The notes beneath the pieces were generated by a model that searched no databases, was not told where the DNA came from, and was given only the letters and a program-made list of their open reading frames with translations. From the NCBI RefSeq assembly GCF_009914755.1, contig NC_060930.1: 64,000 nucleotides of DNA. One strand, 5' to 3'. The first letter of the stretch is position 1. Every line of letters begins with the position of its first letter. Made by a program: the position numbers and the translations under genes. Shown piece by piece: positions 26,737-40,049 of the stretch. This stretch comes from the human T2T-CHM13v2.0 reference genome, Homo sapiens.

Positions 26737-28749
26737 TAATTTCTTTCTTTGACCCTTACTAAATTTCTCCCATGTACCTTTGACATGGCTAGGGAGCAGA
26801 GAATTCCCTGGAAGTAAGAATCCTGGAAGCCAGGAGATAGGGAGCCCATCATTCTTATTTGAGTAACTTTGGGCCAATCAGCCCTCTGGGCACCAGCTTT
26901 CTCATGTATAAAATGAGGGGCTTGGTCAAGCTCAAAGTTCCTTTGATCTGGGTCTAAGAAACTTTGGCCTGTTACACGCCCAATTATTTGAGATCTTTCT
27001 CCATAAACAATAAACATATTTTACCATACATATTTTACTGGTTTGAACATCTTGACTAAATTTTGTTTTAGAATTGATCAGTTCAGTTTAATTTTTCACA
27101 TTAACTATACATGCAAAATTAGTATTTATTCAAACCGTGTTTAAGGAAATCACATATCATAGACTTTTAAAGGAAAATTATACTATAATATCAGTTATTC
27201 ATAAAACAGTAGAAAACATTATATTAAGATGTACAGCTTGTGCAGTTATGCAAGCAAGTAATGCTTCTTCTGTTTGGATATGATTTATACATTTCTTGGT
27301 TTTCCAGGAGAGAAAAAAAAAAAAAAGACCTTCATTTCCCTTTCTCATTATGCCACTTGCCAGCTGGGTCCAGTTAGATGAAAGAACTCAGTCATTCACA
27401 AAAGTGTAGAAAGCATTCTTGTAAAAGGAGATGCTGCAGTAATACAGAGGTCTAAAGAATGCCTTGATTTAGAAAAGGTCATTAAATCTAAGAAAAAAGT
27501 TATTTTCTATGTGACAGAAATATAGTGTGTTTCCATGTTCTTAAGATGAGTGTTCATGCTTTTCCAATTAAATAAAAACCTAATTTCAATTGGGTTTTTA
27601 GCTTCATTCGGAAAAGTGTAGGTATTGCTCATTTTCCATATTTAGTAGTTTTTATTTTCTGTTTTTCTAGATCTTCATTATTGTGTTTGGAGTAAAAAAT
27701 AATCTTTAAGTTAAAATAATACAAAAGGAATAAACATAAAACAGGAATTTGTGTGATAGCAGTTTGGAATGACAAAGACTAACATTCTAAACTTTTCCCT
27801 ATAAATCTCTTTTAATTATTAAAAATCACTAAGTATTAGAAATATAGTTCAATGGCTTATAAATAAAATAATTGAGAAATATTGTTCTCTTTTTCATTGA
27901 ATATGTTGCCCCAAGTGCCCATGTGTGGGTGCATGAGAGAGGCCCTTCTTAAACTTGACAAAATGCATGTAAGAGCTTTGTATGTAGTAGTAATACAAAA
28001 AAAAAATCAAAACATTGAGTTGGAGAATACAGCCTATTTAAAATATATTGTCTCCTTTAATGTAAGTCTTTAGAAACCAAATAATCAAATACATCTATTG
28101 GATTAAATGGCAATAATGAGTAATAATTTAAAATTCAATTTGCTTATTTTGTGTGAAAGGAGAAAAGGAAAAGCAGGAAAAAAAAATGAGGATTCCATTT
28201 TTTTTCCAGGAGCATTGAACTTGTAACCTAAAGCCCCGAGTTCAAGTTCCAGATGCTAAGAATGATACTGTTGGCAAGTTATTTAACATTTTTAGATTTC
28301 AGGTGTCTAAAATGTAAATGTAAACCTTTAGGTTCCAAAATTTCTGGCTTTCCTATGTAAGTAGTTACTCAGTTCATAATACAAATGTCCTGTAACTTTC
28401 TAGAACATTCCTGTTAGATCGGGATTTGTTATGCCCACTTTAAAGGCAAGGAAATTGAGACTCAGATAAATTGCGGCTAATAGTTGAAATGCAACTTCAG
28501 CTTTTTGCTGACAGTTTTTAATTGTTTTTATATGCTTAAAATCCATCCTTAATCATTCTAAGAATGAGTTAGGAAACATTTTTAAAATACACAAAATATA
28601 AAAATGTCTGTTTTGAAAATGTTAATCTACCCACTATATTTTTATACAAAAGTTCAAATATACAGAAAAACAGTATTATTTCATTTTAAATGGATTTAAA
28701 TTGATTAAATGGATTAATCTGATACTTTAAACTTCAGAAATTTTGCTCT

Positions 28750-28990
28750 GAGAGGCAGTAGAGTGCATTGATCAACAGTGCATAATTTGGCGACATTCAG
28801 TATGGTTCATTTATTAGCTCTGTGACCATGAAGAAGTTACTTAATCTCTCTAGGCCTCGCTCTGCTTATTTGTTAGATTAAGGTGTTTCTAATATCTGCT
28901 TCTTGAGAGAATTCTTGAGAGAATGGAATGACTTTTTATTTGTAAAATGCTTAGAACAGAGTATGAAAGAGTAAAACTTAATGTTAGTGT
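28750..28990 (+). mobile_element. MIR
   Basis: gagaggcagtagagtg...ttattagctctgtgaccatgaagaagttacttaatctctct...tgtaaaatgcttagaacag. Confidence 0.7.
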
Positions 28991-29099
28991 ATCAACTGGT
29001 ATTATTTGCTTTCAAGTTTTAGAAATTATTTCATGGAATTATTTTGTTTACAATGTTGTTGGTGCTTTAAACATTTAAGATAAATCTTGTTTTAAATTT

Positions 29100-32000
29100 T
29101 TTTTTTTACTTTCTGAATTAAACTATAGCACACATAACAGAAAATTATCTAACATATAATTATGCACCATTGAACCCCTACATAGAAGTCAAGAGAGTCA
29201 AGAAATAGAACATTATTACATGTTTGGCACCTGAGGAAACCCATCATGCCTCTTCCATTCTTTCATGCAGTGTTATATCTGAAGACTAGATAGGTTGTTG
29301 CCTATCATTGTATTTTGTTCATTTTCATTGTTGCATGATGTTTAATTATCTGAATACACGGTATTTACCATTCTACTGTAGAAAGCATTTTAATTGTATC
29401 CAGTTTTTAACATTATGAATAATGCTGGCCTGAGTATTCACAGGCCTGTCTTTTGGTGCACATGTACAGGTATATCTGTTGAGGTTATACCTAGGAATAA
29501 AGTTGCTGGGCCACAGGGAATGTTTATATCCAAATTTAGTAAAAAATTCAAAATTGCTCAAAGTGGTTAAAATAATTTACGCCCCCACCAACAATACATG
29601 TTCAGTTACTCTACTTCCTCACTGGTAACTTATCTTGGTTTTAATTTTCACTTCCCTGTTTACTAATGGTCTGAGCACCTTTTCACATGTATATTGGCCA
29701 TGTAAATATCTTTTTTGTCAAGTCTCTGATCAAGTTATTTTGTATATTTATAGGATATTATATATACTTATATATATATAATAAACATATTTGATACCTT
29801 TGATTGTTATATATATTACAAACATTTTTTCCATTGGTAAAATCTCATGTTTTATTCTTCTCAAGATTGTTTTTATCATTTTTGATTCTTTACATTTTCA
29901 TAATAATTTTAGAATTAACTTAAGATTCTTCCCTAAAACAAAATACTGTTGGGATATAGATCAATTTGGGAAGACTGGCATCTTTTCTGAGTCTTCCAAT
30001 TCATAAACATAATGTATCCTTCTATTTATTTAGGTGTTTGTTAATTTCTGTCAGTAATATCTTCTGGCTAGCTTTTGGTCATTTTACATATTCCTTGCTA
30101 GACATATTACTGGGCACTTAGTATTTTGATGGTATTCCAACTGGCATCTCTTCAATTTCTATTTTTAACTTTTTGTTACTGATACATAGAAAAACAATCA
30201 ACTTCTGTATATCAATTAATTATCAGCAACCTTGCAAAACTCACAAATTCCAATACATTATCTATGGATTATTTTGCTTTTCCATAGAGGTAATCAGAGC
30301 ATCCAGAATACTGGTGGTCACCGATTTTCCTTTTTAATGCTGATAACTTTGTTTTATTGTACTGGATAGGATTTTCAGTATATTGTTGAAGGGGTAATCG
30401 TGGCAATATTATCTTGTTTCCAGTCTCAGAAAGAAAGCTTTCAACATTCTACCACTAAGTTTGATATTTTCTATAACATTTGAAAGTTTCCTTTTATTCC
30501 TAGTTTGCTAAGCATTTCTTATTAAATGTTCTTTAAAATACTTTTCGTATGACTTTTCCCTTTTATTCTGTTTATAGGTGATTGATTTTATAATTTCAAA
30601 ACTGAAATCCTAGGATAAATGTAACTTGGTCATGTTATGTTATGCTCATTTTCAATATCACTCATTACTCTGTTTCTGAATTGCTAATAATTTTTAGGAT
30701 TTTGAAACTATGTTGATGAAAACCATTAACCTAAAATTATCCTTTTTTGTTATGGCCTTATCAAGGTTCCATTGACTTTATTAAATTAGTTAGGAAATAT
30801 TACCCTAGTAAAAATGTTCTGGGACAGTTTTGTAAGTTTATATTATTTTTTTTCCTCAAATATTTGATAGAAATTGCACATAAGTCCATCTGGGTCTGAA
30901 ATATTTTGTGGACAAGTTTTTAGTTACAGTTTTAATTCCATTTATTTTTATGGGCTATTCAGATTTTCTATTTTCATTGTCAGTTTTAGTAATTTCTCAT
31001 GGATTTGTTGTTGTTGTTGATTATTTTTCAGTGTTTCTTCTTTTTGAATATATACATTTAAAGAAGCAAATTTATTTTTCACAGTTTCAGCTGTCTCCCC
31101 TAGGTTTTAAAATTTACTGTTTCTATTAGCAGTTAATTCAAGACAATTTCAATTATAATTTGTTTTTCACCTGTGAATTATTTAGAAGTATATTTATTAA
31201 TTTGCAAACAAATTGGGATGTCCTAGTTCTCTTTTTGTCTTTGTTTCCTAGTATAATTCTACTGTGCTTACAAGTCATACCATTAAGATCTTTGAATTTT
31301 TTGAAACTTGAATGTATAACCGAATATATAGTCAGCTTTTCTAAACGTATTACATGTGCTTGAAGTAAATGTATTCTGCAATTGTTAGGTATAGTGCTCT
31401 ATAGATGTCAATTAGAAGATTTATTCATCATATCATTGAAATCTTTTGTATCTTTATTGATTTTCTTTGCTTCTATTACTGAAAGAGGTATATTTAAAAA
31501 CTTCCTCATGATTGAGAATTATTTTCCTTTATTTTGCCATCATTTGCTTATATATTATATTGAACAATGTAAAATTGCCATTTTTTTAGATCAAGGTTGA
31601 ATATCAGCAATTTTATAAAATTTAAACTAGTATTTTGATACTGTGCTGTTATATGCTGCCTTCACAGTAGGGGCAATACTTAGTTCTTGGGGAGCCAAAA
31701 CCCTTAGACATCATAATGGTTTGTGACCTAAAAAGGTTCAGCACATAAACAGATATTCAGTCAAGTTGGCATTAAAATTTCCTTGACTGGGGGGAGTGTG
31801 ATTAGGGAAAGAAATATCTATAATGGCTCCATAAGGGAGGAGGATGATAATGGAAAAAAGGTTGAGAATTCCTTATAAACAATTTTAGAACTGTTGTAAC
31901 TTCCTGGCGAATTGAAATTTTACCATAGTAAAACATCCCTTCCAATTTTTTTTTTTTTTTTTGCCTTCAATTCTCCTTGGGCTGATACTAAAATCTATAA

Positions 32001-33860
32001 AGCTAGCTTTCCATTGCTTAGTGGTTGCATGCCTTATCATTTTTTATTCTTTTAGTTTTAAATTGTCTATATGTTTATGTTTTAGGTGTGTCTGTTTACA
32101 AGCAGCAAATAAGTAAATTTTCTTTTATCATTCAGTCTGACTATATTTGCCTTTTCAGTGAATATTTAATCCTTTTATAATTAATGGAAGCAGTGATATA
32201 TTTGGGTTCAAACATGCTGACTTACTATGTACAATTTATTTATTCTTCTTGTTCTATATTTCTTTTTCTCTCCTCACTTTCCTAATTATGAATTAAGTAT
32301 CTTTGTAATTGCACTGCCCCCTTTCCGTTAGCTTTAGCTTGTTACTTTTACATTATTTTACATTGTTTTACTGGTGACTATTGCGGTTACAGGATGCATC
32401 TATGACCTAATACAAGCATAATGCATATTAGTACTTTTATTCCTTTGTGGCAAATTTGAGAACTTCGGAATGCCTTAACTACTTTTGTATCCCTCCTAAA
32501 TTATATGCTATTGTTAGGTATTTAACTTTATATAATGTAAATCTTTGAATAATTATATATTATTATGGTTTCTTACAATTACACATCTTCTTCATTCTTT
32601 CCTGCATCTCTAAGGTCACATATAGGATTTCCTTTAGTGCAGTGATGATTTTGTTTAGATTTTGGTTTTGTATGAAATGGCTTTATTTTACCTTTATTTC
32701 TGATGTGTACTTTTGCTGGTAATAAAATTATAGATTGTAATCCCCCTCCTCCTTACTTTAAAATATTATTGTATTGTCTTATCACTTTTATTGTTTCTGT
32801 TGATAAGTCAGAAAATAGTCTTTTAAAAGCAATCTGTCCATTTCCTCTGTTTGTAGCCCTATTTTCATGTTTGATTGCTTGTTTTGCCATGATTACTTAG
32901 GTATGGTTTTCTCTGCATTTATCCCAATTAGGGCTTGTATGGTTTCTTAAATGTGTGTCGTGATATTGTTTAACAATTTTGGAAAATTTTCATTAATTAT
33001 CTCTTTCAATATTGCTTCTGCCCCATTATCTCTAGCCTTTCTTTTTTTATTATTATTATTATACTTTAAGTTCTAGGGTACATGTGCACAATGTGCAGGT
33101 TTGTTACGTATGTATACATGTGCCATGTTGGTGTGCCGCACCCATTAACTCGTCATTTACATTAGGTATATCTCCCAATGCTATCCCTCCCCCCTCCCCC
33201 CACCCCACAACAGGCCCTGGTGTGTGATGTCCCCCTCCTGCATCCAAGTGTTCTCATTGTTCAATTCCCACCTGTGAGTGAGAACATGCAATGTTTGTTT
33301 TTTTGTCCTTGCAGTAGACGAACAATGATAGACTGGATTAAGAAAATGTGGCACATATACACCATGGAATACTATGCAGCCATAAAAAATGATGAGTTCA
33401 TGTCCTTTGTAGGGACATAGATGAAGCTGGAAACCATCATTCTCTAGCTCTTCTTAATGGGACTCCAGTTACATGTATGTTCGAGTTTTGAATGTTCCTA
33501 CTCCCATTACTTACCTTCAATCTCTTTGTTCTTCATTTTGAAGATTTTCTTTAGACCAATATTTTTATTTCCCTAAGTCTTTCTTCATCTGTATCTAATC
33601 TGTCATTTATCCCATAAAACAATTTGTTAAGTTATGATATTCTTCGGTCTTAAAATTTTTAGGGATTTTTGGTCATTTCTAGCTTTCTGTCAAAATTCTC
33701 AATCTTGCCTCTCATATCCTTAAACATATTCTGCAAATCATTATAAAACTTTTGTTGCTTTTATTTTGATCTCTTGAGTGTTTATAGCTGTTGTCTGCTG
33801 CTGCTGCTGGTTGAATCAAAGTGGCTGGTTTTCATATACCTGGTTATTTTTGATGAAGCA
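29100..33860 (-). mobile_element. Long, old, fragmented L1M (antisense), interrupted by younger inserts
   Basis: T-rich antisense L1 motifs (atacctaggaataaagttgctggg, aaagctttcaacattctaccactaagt, ccatctgggtctgaaatatttt). Confidence 0.75.
33045..33444 (-). mobile_element. Short L1PA insertion with 5' inversion (twin priming)
   Basis: Antisense L1 3'UTR 33045-33312, then sense L1 ORF2 end 33321-33444; flanked by tctctagcCTttctt / tctctagcTCttctt. Confidence 0.9.
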
Positions 33861-33866
33861 CTAGGC

Positions 33867-33868
<2 letters not shown>

Positions 33869-33910
<42 letters not shown>

Positions 33911-33940
33911 GAGAGAGAGAGAGAGAGACAGAGACAGAGA
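33869..33940 (+). repeat. Compound (TG)n(GA)n microsatellite
   Basis: Seen directly. Confidence 0.95.
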
Positions 33941-35676
33941 AATTACTTGAGGCCTAGTGTGATGTTATCTGTCTCTAGATAGGATCTACATTTGCTTCAG
34001 CAGTTATCAGTGGTAATAACAATCTTGTCTTAATCTGATTTCACATTGAATTAATATATATGAGGTGATTGAAAGTGGTTGGCACTTAATAAGAAGTCTG
34101 CAGCTATTCATTTTTATCTATTATTGTTTTCTTCAAAAGATAGGGAAAGAGAGTAAGGGTAGTGAGGAGTAGTGAATAGTGCATAGTGAGGAAAACACAT
34201 ATAGTATTAAAAGACTCCAATATGGACTAGAAGTAAATATTCAAAAATTTTTATTACTTTGCTGTATTTTATCTTGTATTTGAAACAAATTGTATCTTAT
34301 TTTGTTTTCAATTTAGCAGATTTATTTTAATCATTAACTTTAAAAAACAAAAGTAGAACACACATTAGAAAATTCCAACTGTTCAGAAGGGCATAAAATG
34401 AAAAGTAAAAATCTTCCTCTTCCTCTCACCACCACCATTCACCTCAATCTCTATCTAAAATTGTTTAGAATTTTTTAATATATTCATAAAAATGCATGTT
34501 TTATTTGTACCCACATCTACATGTACTCACCTACCCTTTTGTACAATTAAGAAATAAATTTTAAAATGAGAAGTATTTATCAAAATCATAAACTAAGTAA
34601 ATAATAATATGTTCACCTTCCATATTTCATTGTGGCCATTATAATATTATGCGAACATTTCTTTACAAAAGCATTACAATCTCATCAGAGTAATAACGTT
34701 AGTTTGTAATTGTTACTTGCCAGTAGTACTTTAACAAAGTATCATTCTGAGGTTGCTAATAGGCTAGGGAGATCTTAGGTCAAAGAACTACTTGTTACAG
34801 ATTCTGCCTTTCATCAGTAGCTCACATTTTCCATCAAATATATTTGGCATACTACACTATTGAGCTCCTGATTTATGGCTTTCGTGCATAGAAGTTAGTG
34901 TTTTCTTGTATAGTCGCTGATATAAATTAGCTAAAATTAGCTCATAGCAACTTTCTTCATTATCTAAATTGTTTCACAGTTTACAGTTCTGTACAAGCTA
35001 ATGTCTCAGAATGAAAATGATAGTGCATACGTGTCGTAAACACATAAAAGATTATTTCCAGGACACTAGCCATGTCCTGTGGAAATAGCAAATAAATTAT
35101 TTAGATGATTGCAAATAATATAAACCCTAGAGTAAGCTTAGCTATGCTACGGTAAAATTCTGGTCTAGTTATGTAAAACTAGGTCTTTGGTGTTCTGTAT
35201 TTATCTGTTGCCTCTGGCGGTTTGTCAGCTTTTCTTGGGTGCTTGTGTTTTCCTAATACTTTATGCAGGTTTTTCCTGTGTGGGGGATCTTTCGAGCACA
35301 GGTGAACTTGAAGTTACAGCTAATAAATGTAAAATATGCTAAGTCCTTAGCCTAGAGTCCAATCATTAATAATTTATGAGCAATTTGAGCAATTTACAAG
35401 TAACTTGAAAGTATATGTGTGTAGAAGAGAAATAGTAAACAGTTTTAAAACTGTGTTTGCTATAACTTTTTCAATAGGACAGATTTTCTTTATAAAAAGA
35501 TACATATTTCTAGTTTTTGTAATATTATGCAGTATTTTTGTTCCTTTTCAAAACAGAAATTAGAAAATTAAAATTTTTGAGAGAGTCAATGTTCAACAAT
35601 TTTAATAATATATGTTACTAAATGTATGCTAAAACATTAAATTGAAAACATGTTAATACATCGTAAGGTTTAAAAA

Positions 35677-35880
35677 TTTTTTTTAACTTTTAAGGTCAGG
35701 GGTACATGTGCAGGATGTGCAGGTTTGTTATGTAGGGAAACGTGTGTCATGGGGATTTGCTGTACAGATTATTTCATCACCCAAGTATTAAGCCTACTAC
35801 CCATTAGTTATTTTCCTGATCCCTCTCCTTCCTCCCACCCTCTACCGTCCAGTAGGCCCCAGTGTGCACTGTTCCCCTCT
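35677..35880 (-). mobile_element. Older L1PA 3' end fragment
   Basis: caggggtacatgtgcaggatgtgcaggtttgttatgtagg...acagattatttcatcaccc. Confidence 0.85.
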
Positions 35881-36684
35881 TAAATGGTAAGTTTTATGAA
35901 ACGTTACTCTTCTCCGTTGATAATATTATACCTTACAGGTAACAGTAGAAGCTAAGGAAAAGTGACTTAATATTTAAGCCGAAGGACTAAGTACATTTTA
36001 ATGTGTTACTCCATGAATTTTCTTAACTGAGAAAATATTTTTAACTTTGGCATATTTTTAAGTAATAACAAAGAGTTATCACAAACTGGAGCTGCAGAAG
36101 TAGATAATAGCACTAAGATACAGTTTTTAATTGCTACTTTCTGTGAAAAGGTGTATGAGTTGTTCTCTTTAATACAGCAAACATTTACAGTGTTTCTTCT
36201 TTAAAGTAATGCAAAAAGGTAATCTAAGGAATCCACAAATAAATTTTTCAAAGCTCATTTTATGTGTTGAATTAAAAAAAATTTATAAGTCTGATAAATT
36301 TGACATGCATTTAGGTTATTCATACAATCTTGAGTAAGCAAGATGACATTTATTTTCTAACTATGAAGTGAATCCCAAATTATGTCATTTATCTCCAAAG
36401 AGGTCTCACAACATAGCTTTTTTTTTTTTCTAATTAAATTTTCAGGCTAGGATAAGTTCTTTGGCACTACCAAGATGAGTTTCAAATTCTACATGGCAGA
36501 GGGTTCTCTGAGTTTTTGTCCTTGTCTTGGGCCATTGTTCCACAGGTAGATGCCAGCATGGCCATATCAATCATTCACCTCTGGTCGAGCTAATGGTTAA
36601 ATATTTTTACTATCACCATCACCCCCACTCCAGTGCCTGTGTTTTATCAGGATGATGGTGGAAACATCAATTGGGGAGATAAAC

Positions 36685-36986
36685 TTTTTTTTTTTTTTGA
36701 GACGGAGTCTCGCTCTGTCACCCAGTCTGGCTGGGGTGCAGTGGCACTATCTTGGCTCACTGCAACCTCCGCCTCCTGAGTTCAAGTGATTCTCCTGCCT
36801 CAGCCTCCTAAGTAGCTGAGACTACAGGCAGGTGTCACCATGCACAGGTAATTTTTGTATTTTTAGTAGAGACAGGATTTTGCCCTGTTGGCCAGGCTGG
36901 TCTTGAACTTCTGATCTCAGGTGATCTGCCTGCCTGGGCCTCCCAAAAGTACTGAGATTACAGGTGTGAGCCACCGCGCCCAGCCT
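36685..36986 (-). mobile_element. AluS
   Basis: Full dimer; flanking ttggggag repeat. Confidence 0.92.
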
Positions 36987-37734
36987 TGGGGAGTACTTGT
37001 GTAATGAACACAGTTCTGATGGTGCCTGTGCACTATTCATTAAAAATGATTCTTACTCCTGCTTAACTGAAATTGAATTTTAGGCACAATATTTTACATT
37101 GTCTTGTTTAGTATGTCCGAACCTTAAGTACACTGGCTCAATTGTTTTTTGACTATGACAGTCTCAGATAAATCATCACATGATTCTGTGTTTCCTACTG
37201 CTGAAGGCTGTGTACATATGTGTGTGTATAAATATACATATATTATATCAAGCCATTGAAATGATCATCTTTTGGCCAAAAAAGTAAATATCAGCAATTT
37301 CATATGGCCCAATCGTGTGTGTGTATGTATACTTGTACACATATGAGGGCATAAAACCAGATGACTGGTATATGATGTTAGTCTTTTAATTAATAGAATC
37401 TAAAATTATAAGTAGTTTCCTTAGATTTTAGGATTGGGGTGGATAGAGACTGCTTTCGATGGTGTGAAAGTATCTGTAATTTGCACATGTGACAAACTAT
37501 TAATCAGCCCCAAATTTTAGTATAAATATATACATATATTTAGTACATATACTATTACTGCATAGTATATTTATGAAGTCTTGAGAAAAATTCTGATTCC
37601 TGCTTAAATCTCTCAAATAATCTCAGAAAATCTCTAATATATGGATAAAATTGTCCCCATCTTGAAGAACAAACTCAGACTCTCATTACTTAATTAGCAT
37701 AAAGTCAGTACTTTTAGGTGAGAGAGCCTAGATT

Positions 37735-39090
37735 TATTCATTCAACCATCAGGTATTTGGGGCCCTAGTATGGTCTAGGGACTGGAAATAAGTAGAAAAA
37801 ACAAAGTTCCCATCCCCATGAAGCTTGCATTCCAGTCAGAGATGACTGACAGTTACTACATAGACTAGTAGTTGTGACAGTTAATTTCAGAGATTGCTAA
37901 ATCTACGAAGAAAGTAAGACAAAGTAATGAGACAACAGGTTGCTGGCTGTGGAGACTTGGCTCCATAGCCAGAAGAGAGCCCAATGGAGTCTTTTCTCTA
38001 CTGAAATGATTGAGAAAGAGACAGCCAAACCTGGAAAAAGAGTGATCCCGGCAGAGGAGAGAGCAAGAGCGAAGTCCTGAGAAGAAAACATGTTTTGATG
38101 TCTGAAAGACAGAAAGGGCAGTGCTTTTGGAGCAAAATGAGGTGATGGGATGGAAGGAGATGAGCAGGCATGGGAAGGTGAGGCACAGGGCATGCAGATA
38201 TTCACAGGGCGTGGTGGAAATTGTACTCTTCTCACAGTAAATGAGAAGCCACTGAAACCATGTAGACAGGGAGGAGAGACCAAGTGATTCATGCTTTAAA
38301 AGGAGCACTCTGACTCCAGTGTGGAGAATGGGTTGTCAGCCTAGGCTAGGGACGACATCATAAGCAGCTGGTGGGTGTTGTAGGCAAGATGGGAGATGAC
38401 GATGGCCCGGAGTAAGCTGAAACACTAGAGTGGTGGACAGTGTTCAGATTTGGGTATTTACTATAGGAATATAGGACCAAATGGTGGATTGGATGAAAAG
38501 AAGAGGCAGCAATACACAATGCTGTGATTCCAGATTCTGGAGCTGGGCTCCTTGGTGGCATGTTCTGGCTCTGCCCCCTATCAGCTTTGTAACCTTGGTC
38601 AAATAGCCTCTTCTCAGTTTCTGCATTGGTAAAACTGGTGGAGGGTGCTAATAGTGCCTACCTTAGAGGATTGCCATAAGGATTAAATGTGTGTGTGTGT
38701 GTGTGCACACAGGCTTAGAACTGAGTTCAGTAGTAAGTACTACCCCTATTTATTTAGGTGATATGTACTTGTGAAATGTACATTTCACAAGTACATATCA
38801 CCTAAATAAACTAAATTTGAGAACAATTGATTATAGATTTTTGGCCTACATCACTAGGTGGTACCATTCACTGAATTAGGGAAGATCGAGGGAGGATCAG
38901 TTTGGAGGAGGGGAGATGCAGGAAATAAGAGTTGTGTTTAGGACACATTCAGCTTGAGAGGCCTATCAGTGAAACAGAGATGAAAAGTCTGGAATTCAGA
39001 AGAGAGATGAAAACTGAATTTAAATTTATCAATATATATGCTATTTAAAGCCTTGGAACTGGATGAGCTCACCTAGGAAGACAATGTAAA
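37735..39090 (-). mobile_element. L2 (antisense) with a nested MIR (~38520-38745)
   Basis: attcattcaaccatcaggtattt L2 end; gctttaaaaggagcactctgactccagtgtggagaatgg; MIR core tttgtaaccttggtcaaatagcc. Confidence 0.7.
38749..38810. repeat. Perfect 62-bp palindrome with no spacer
   Basis: All 31 pairs checked by hand around the centre 38779/38780. Confidence 0.97.
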
Positions 39091-40025
39091 GAGGAAGAGG
39101 GTGGAGAATGAAGACTCCCAGAAGCGTGGGGAGGTTGGGAAAGGAGGAGGAGCAGGAAATGATTCAAATGCATCCACATCTGGTTTTCCCATAGTGCTGC
39201 CTATATTATTGGAGCCCTGCCCGAAGAGCTCATGCTACAGAAGCTTCTGTAGACATGAAAGCCTCTTTAGACATTCTTACTGGTAAGGGGCTGAGGCTTC
39301 CAGTTTGGACCCTGATGACAGGAATTTTCCATTTATACTTGAGAGTAGCACAAAGAAGCTGTGGTAGGAATCTGCTGCTCTCTATTTACTCTGAGATGTT
39401 TTTAGTGCAATCACAGTTATATGTGGCCCCTAATGATAGATCAATTGTTTTAAATTGTGTCATTATTATATATTTTACTTTACATGAAGAGATGGGCATC
39501 TTCAATTTACAAAGTTGATTAGAACTGAAAAAGAATGTTTCCATGGACACTGTACTATTCATTATCATTTGATTCCCAGTCAGCCCACAAAAGCCTGTGT
39601 AACCCACAAGGACGTGAAATCAAAGTACAAAGACCACATAGATCCCAAACAGCAGAAGCAACAGGGCTTACAGAAATATTTGCTTAGATTCCTTAAGATA
39701 CCAGAAAGACATTTTCTTCTCCTCTTATTTGGGCTCAGCAAAGCAAGGACAGAGAGTTGCCTATTGGGTGGGGTGGGAGGAGCTAGGGAAGGCACTTCTG
39801 TGGCCAGTTACTCACATGGGTAGTCAATGACTGTAGAAAACATAAATGTTGAATTGAGAAAAAGAATTCTGGGGAAAGACAGGAAACTGGAAATCTACTC
39901 TTAGCTTTGACAGCTACCTGTGCTATGGCCTGAAGGAAGTCACTAACTGTTCCGTGCCTCAGTTTTCTTTCATTTTATATTGGCTACAATAATCACTTTC
40001 AATGTTGTCGTAAGGATAGGTGTAT

Positions 40026-40049
40026 ACACACACACACACACACACACAT
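40026..40049 (+). repeat. (CA)n microsatellite
   Basis: Seen directly. Confidence 0.9.

Noticed and set aside
38749-38810. MADE1/miR-548-type origin for the palindrome
   Set aside because: Lacks the MADE1 terminal sequence TTAGGTTGGTGCAAAAGTAATTG.
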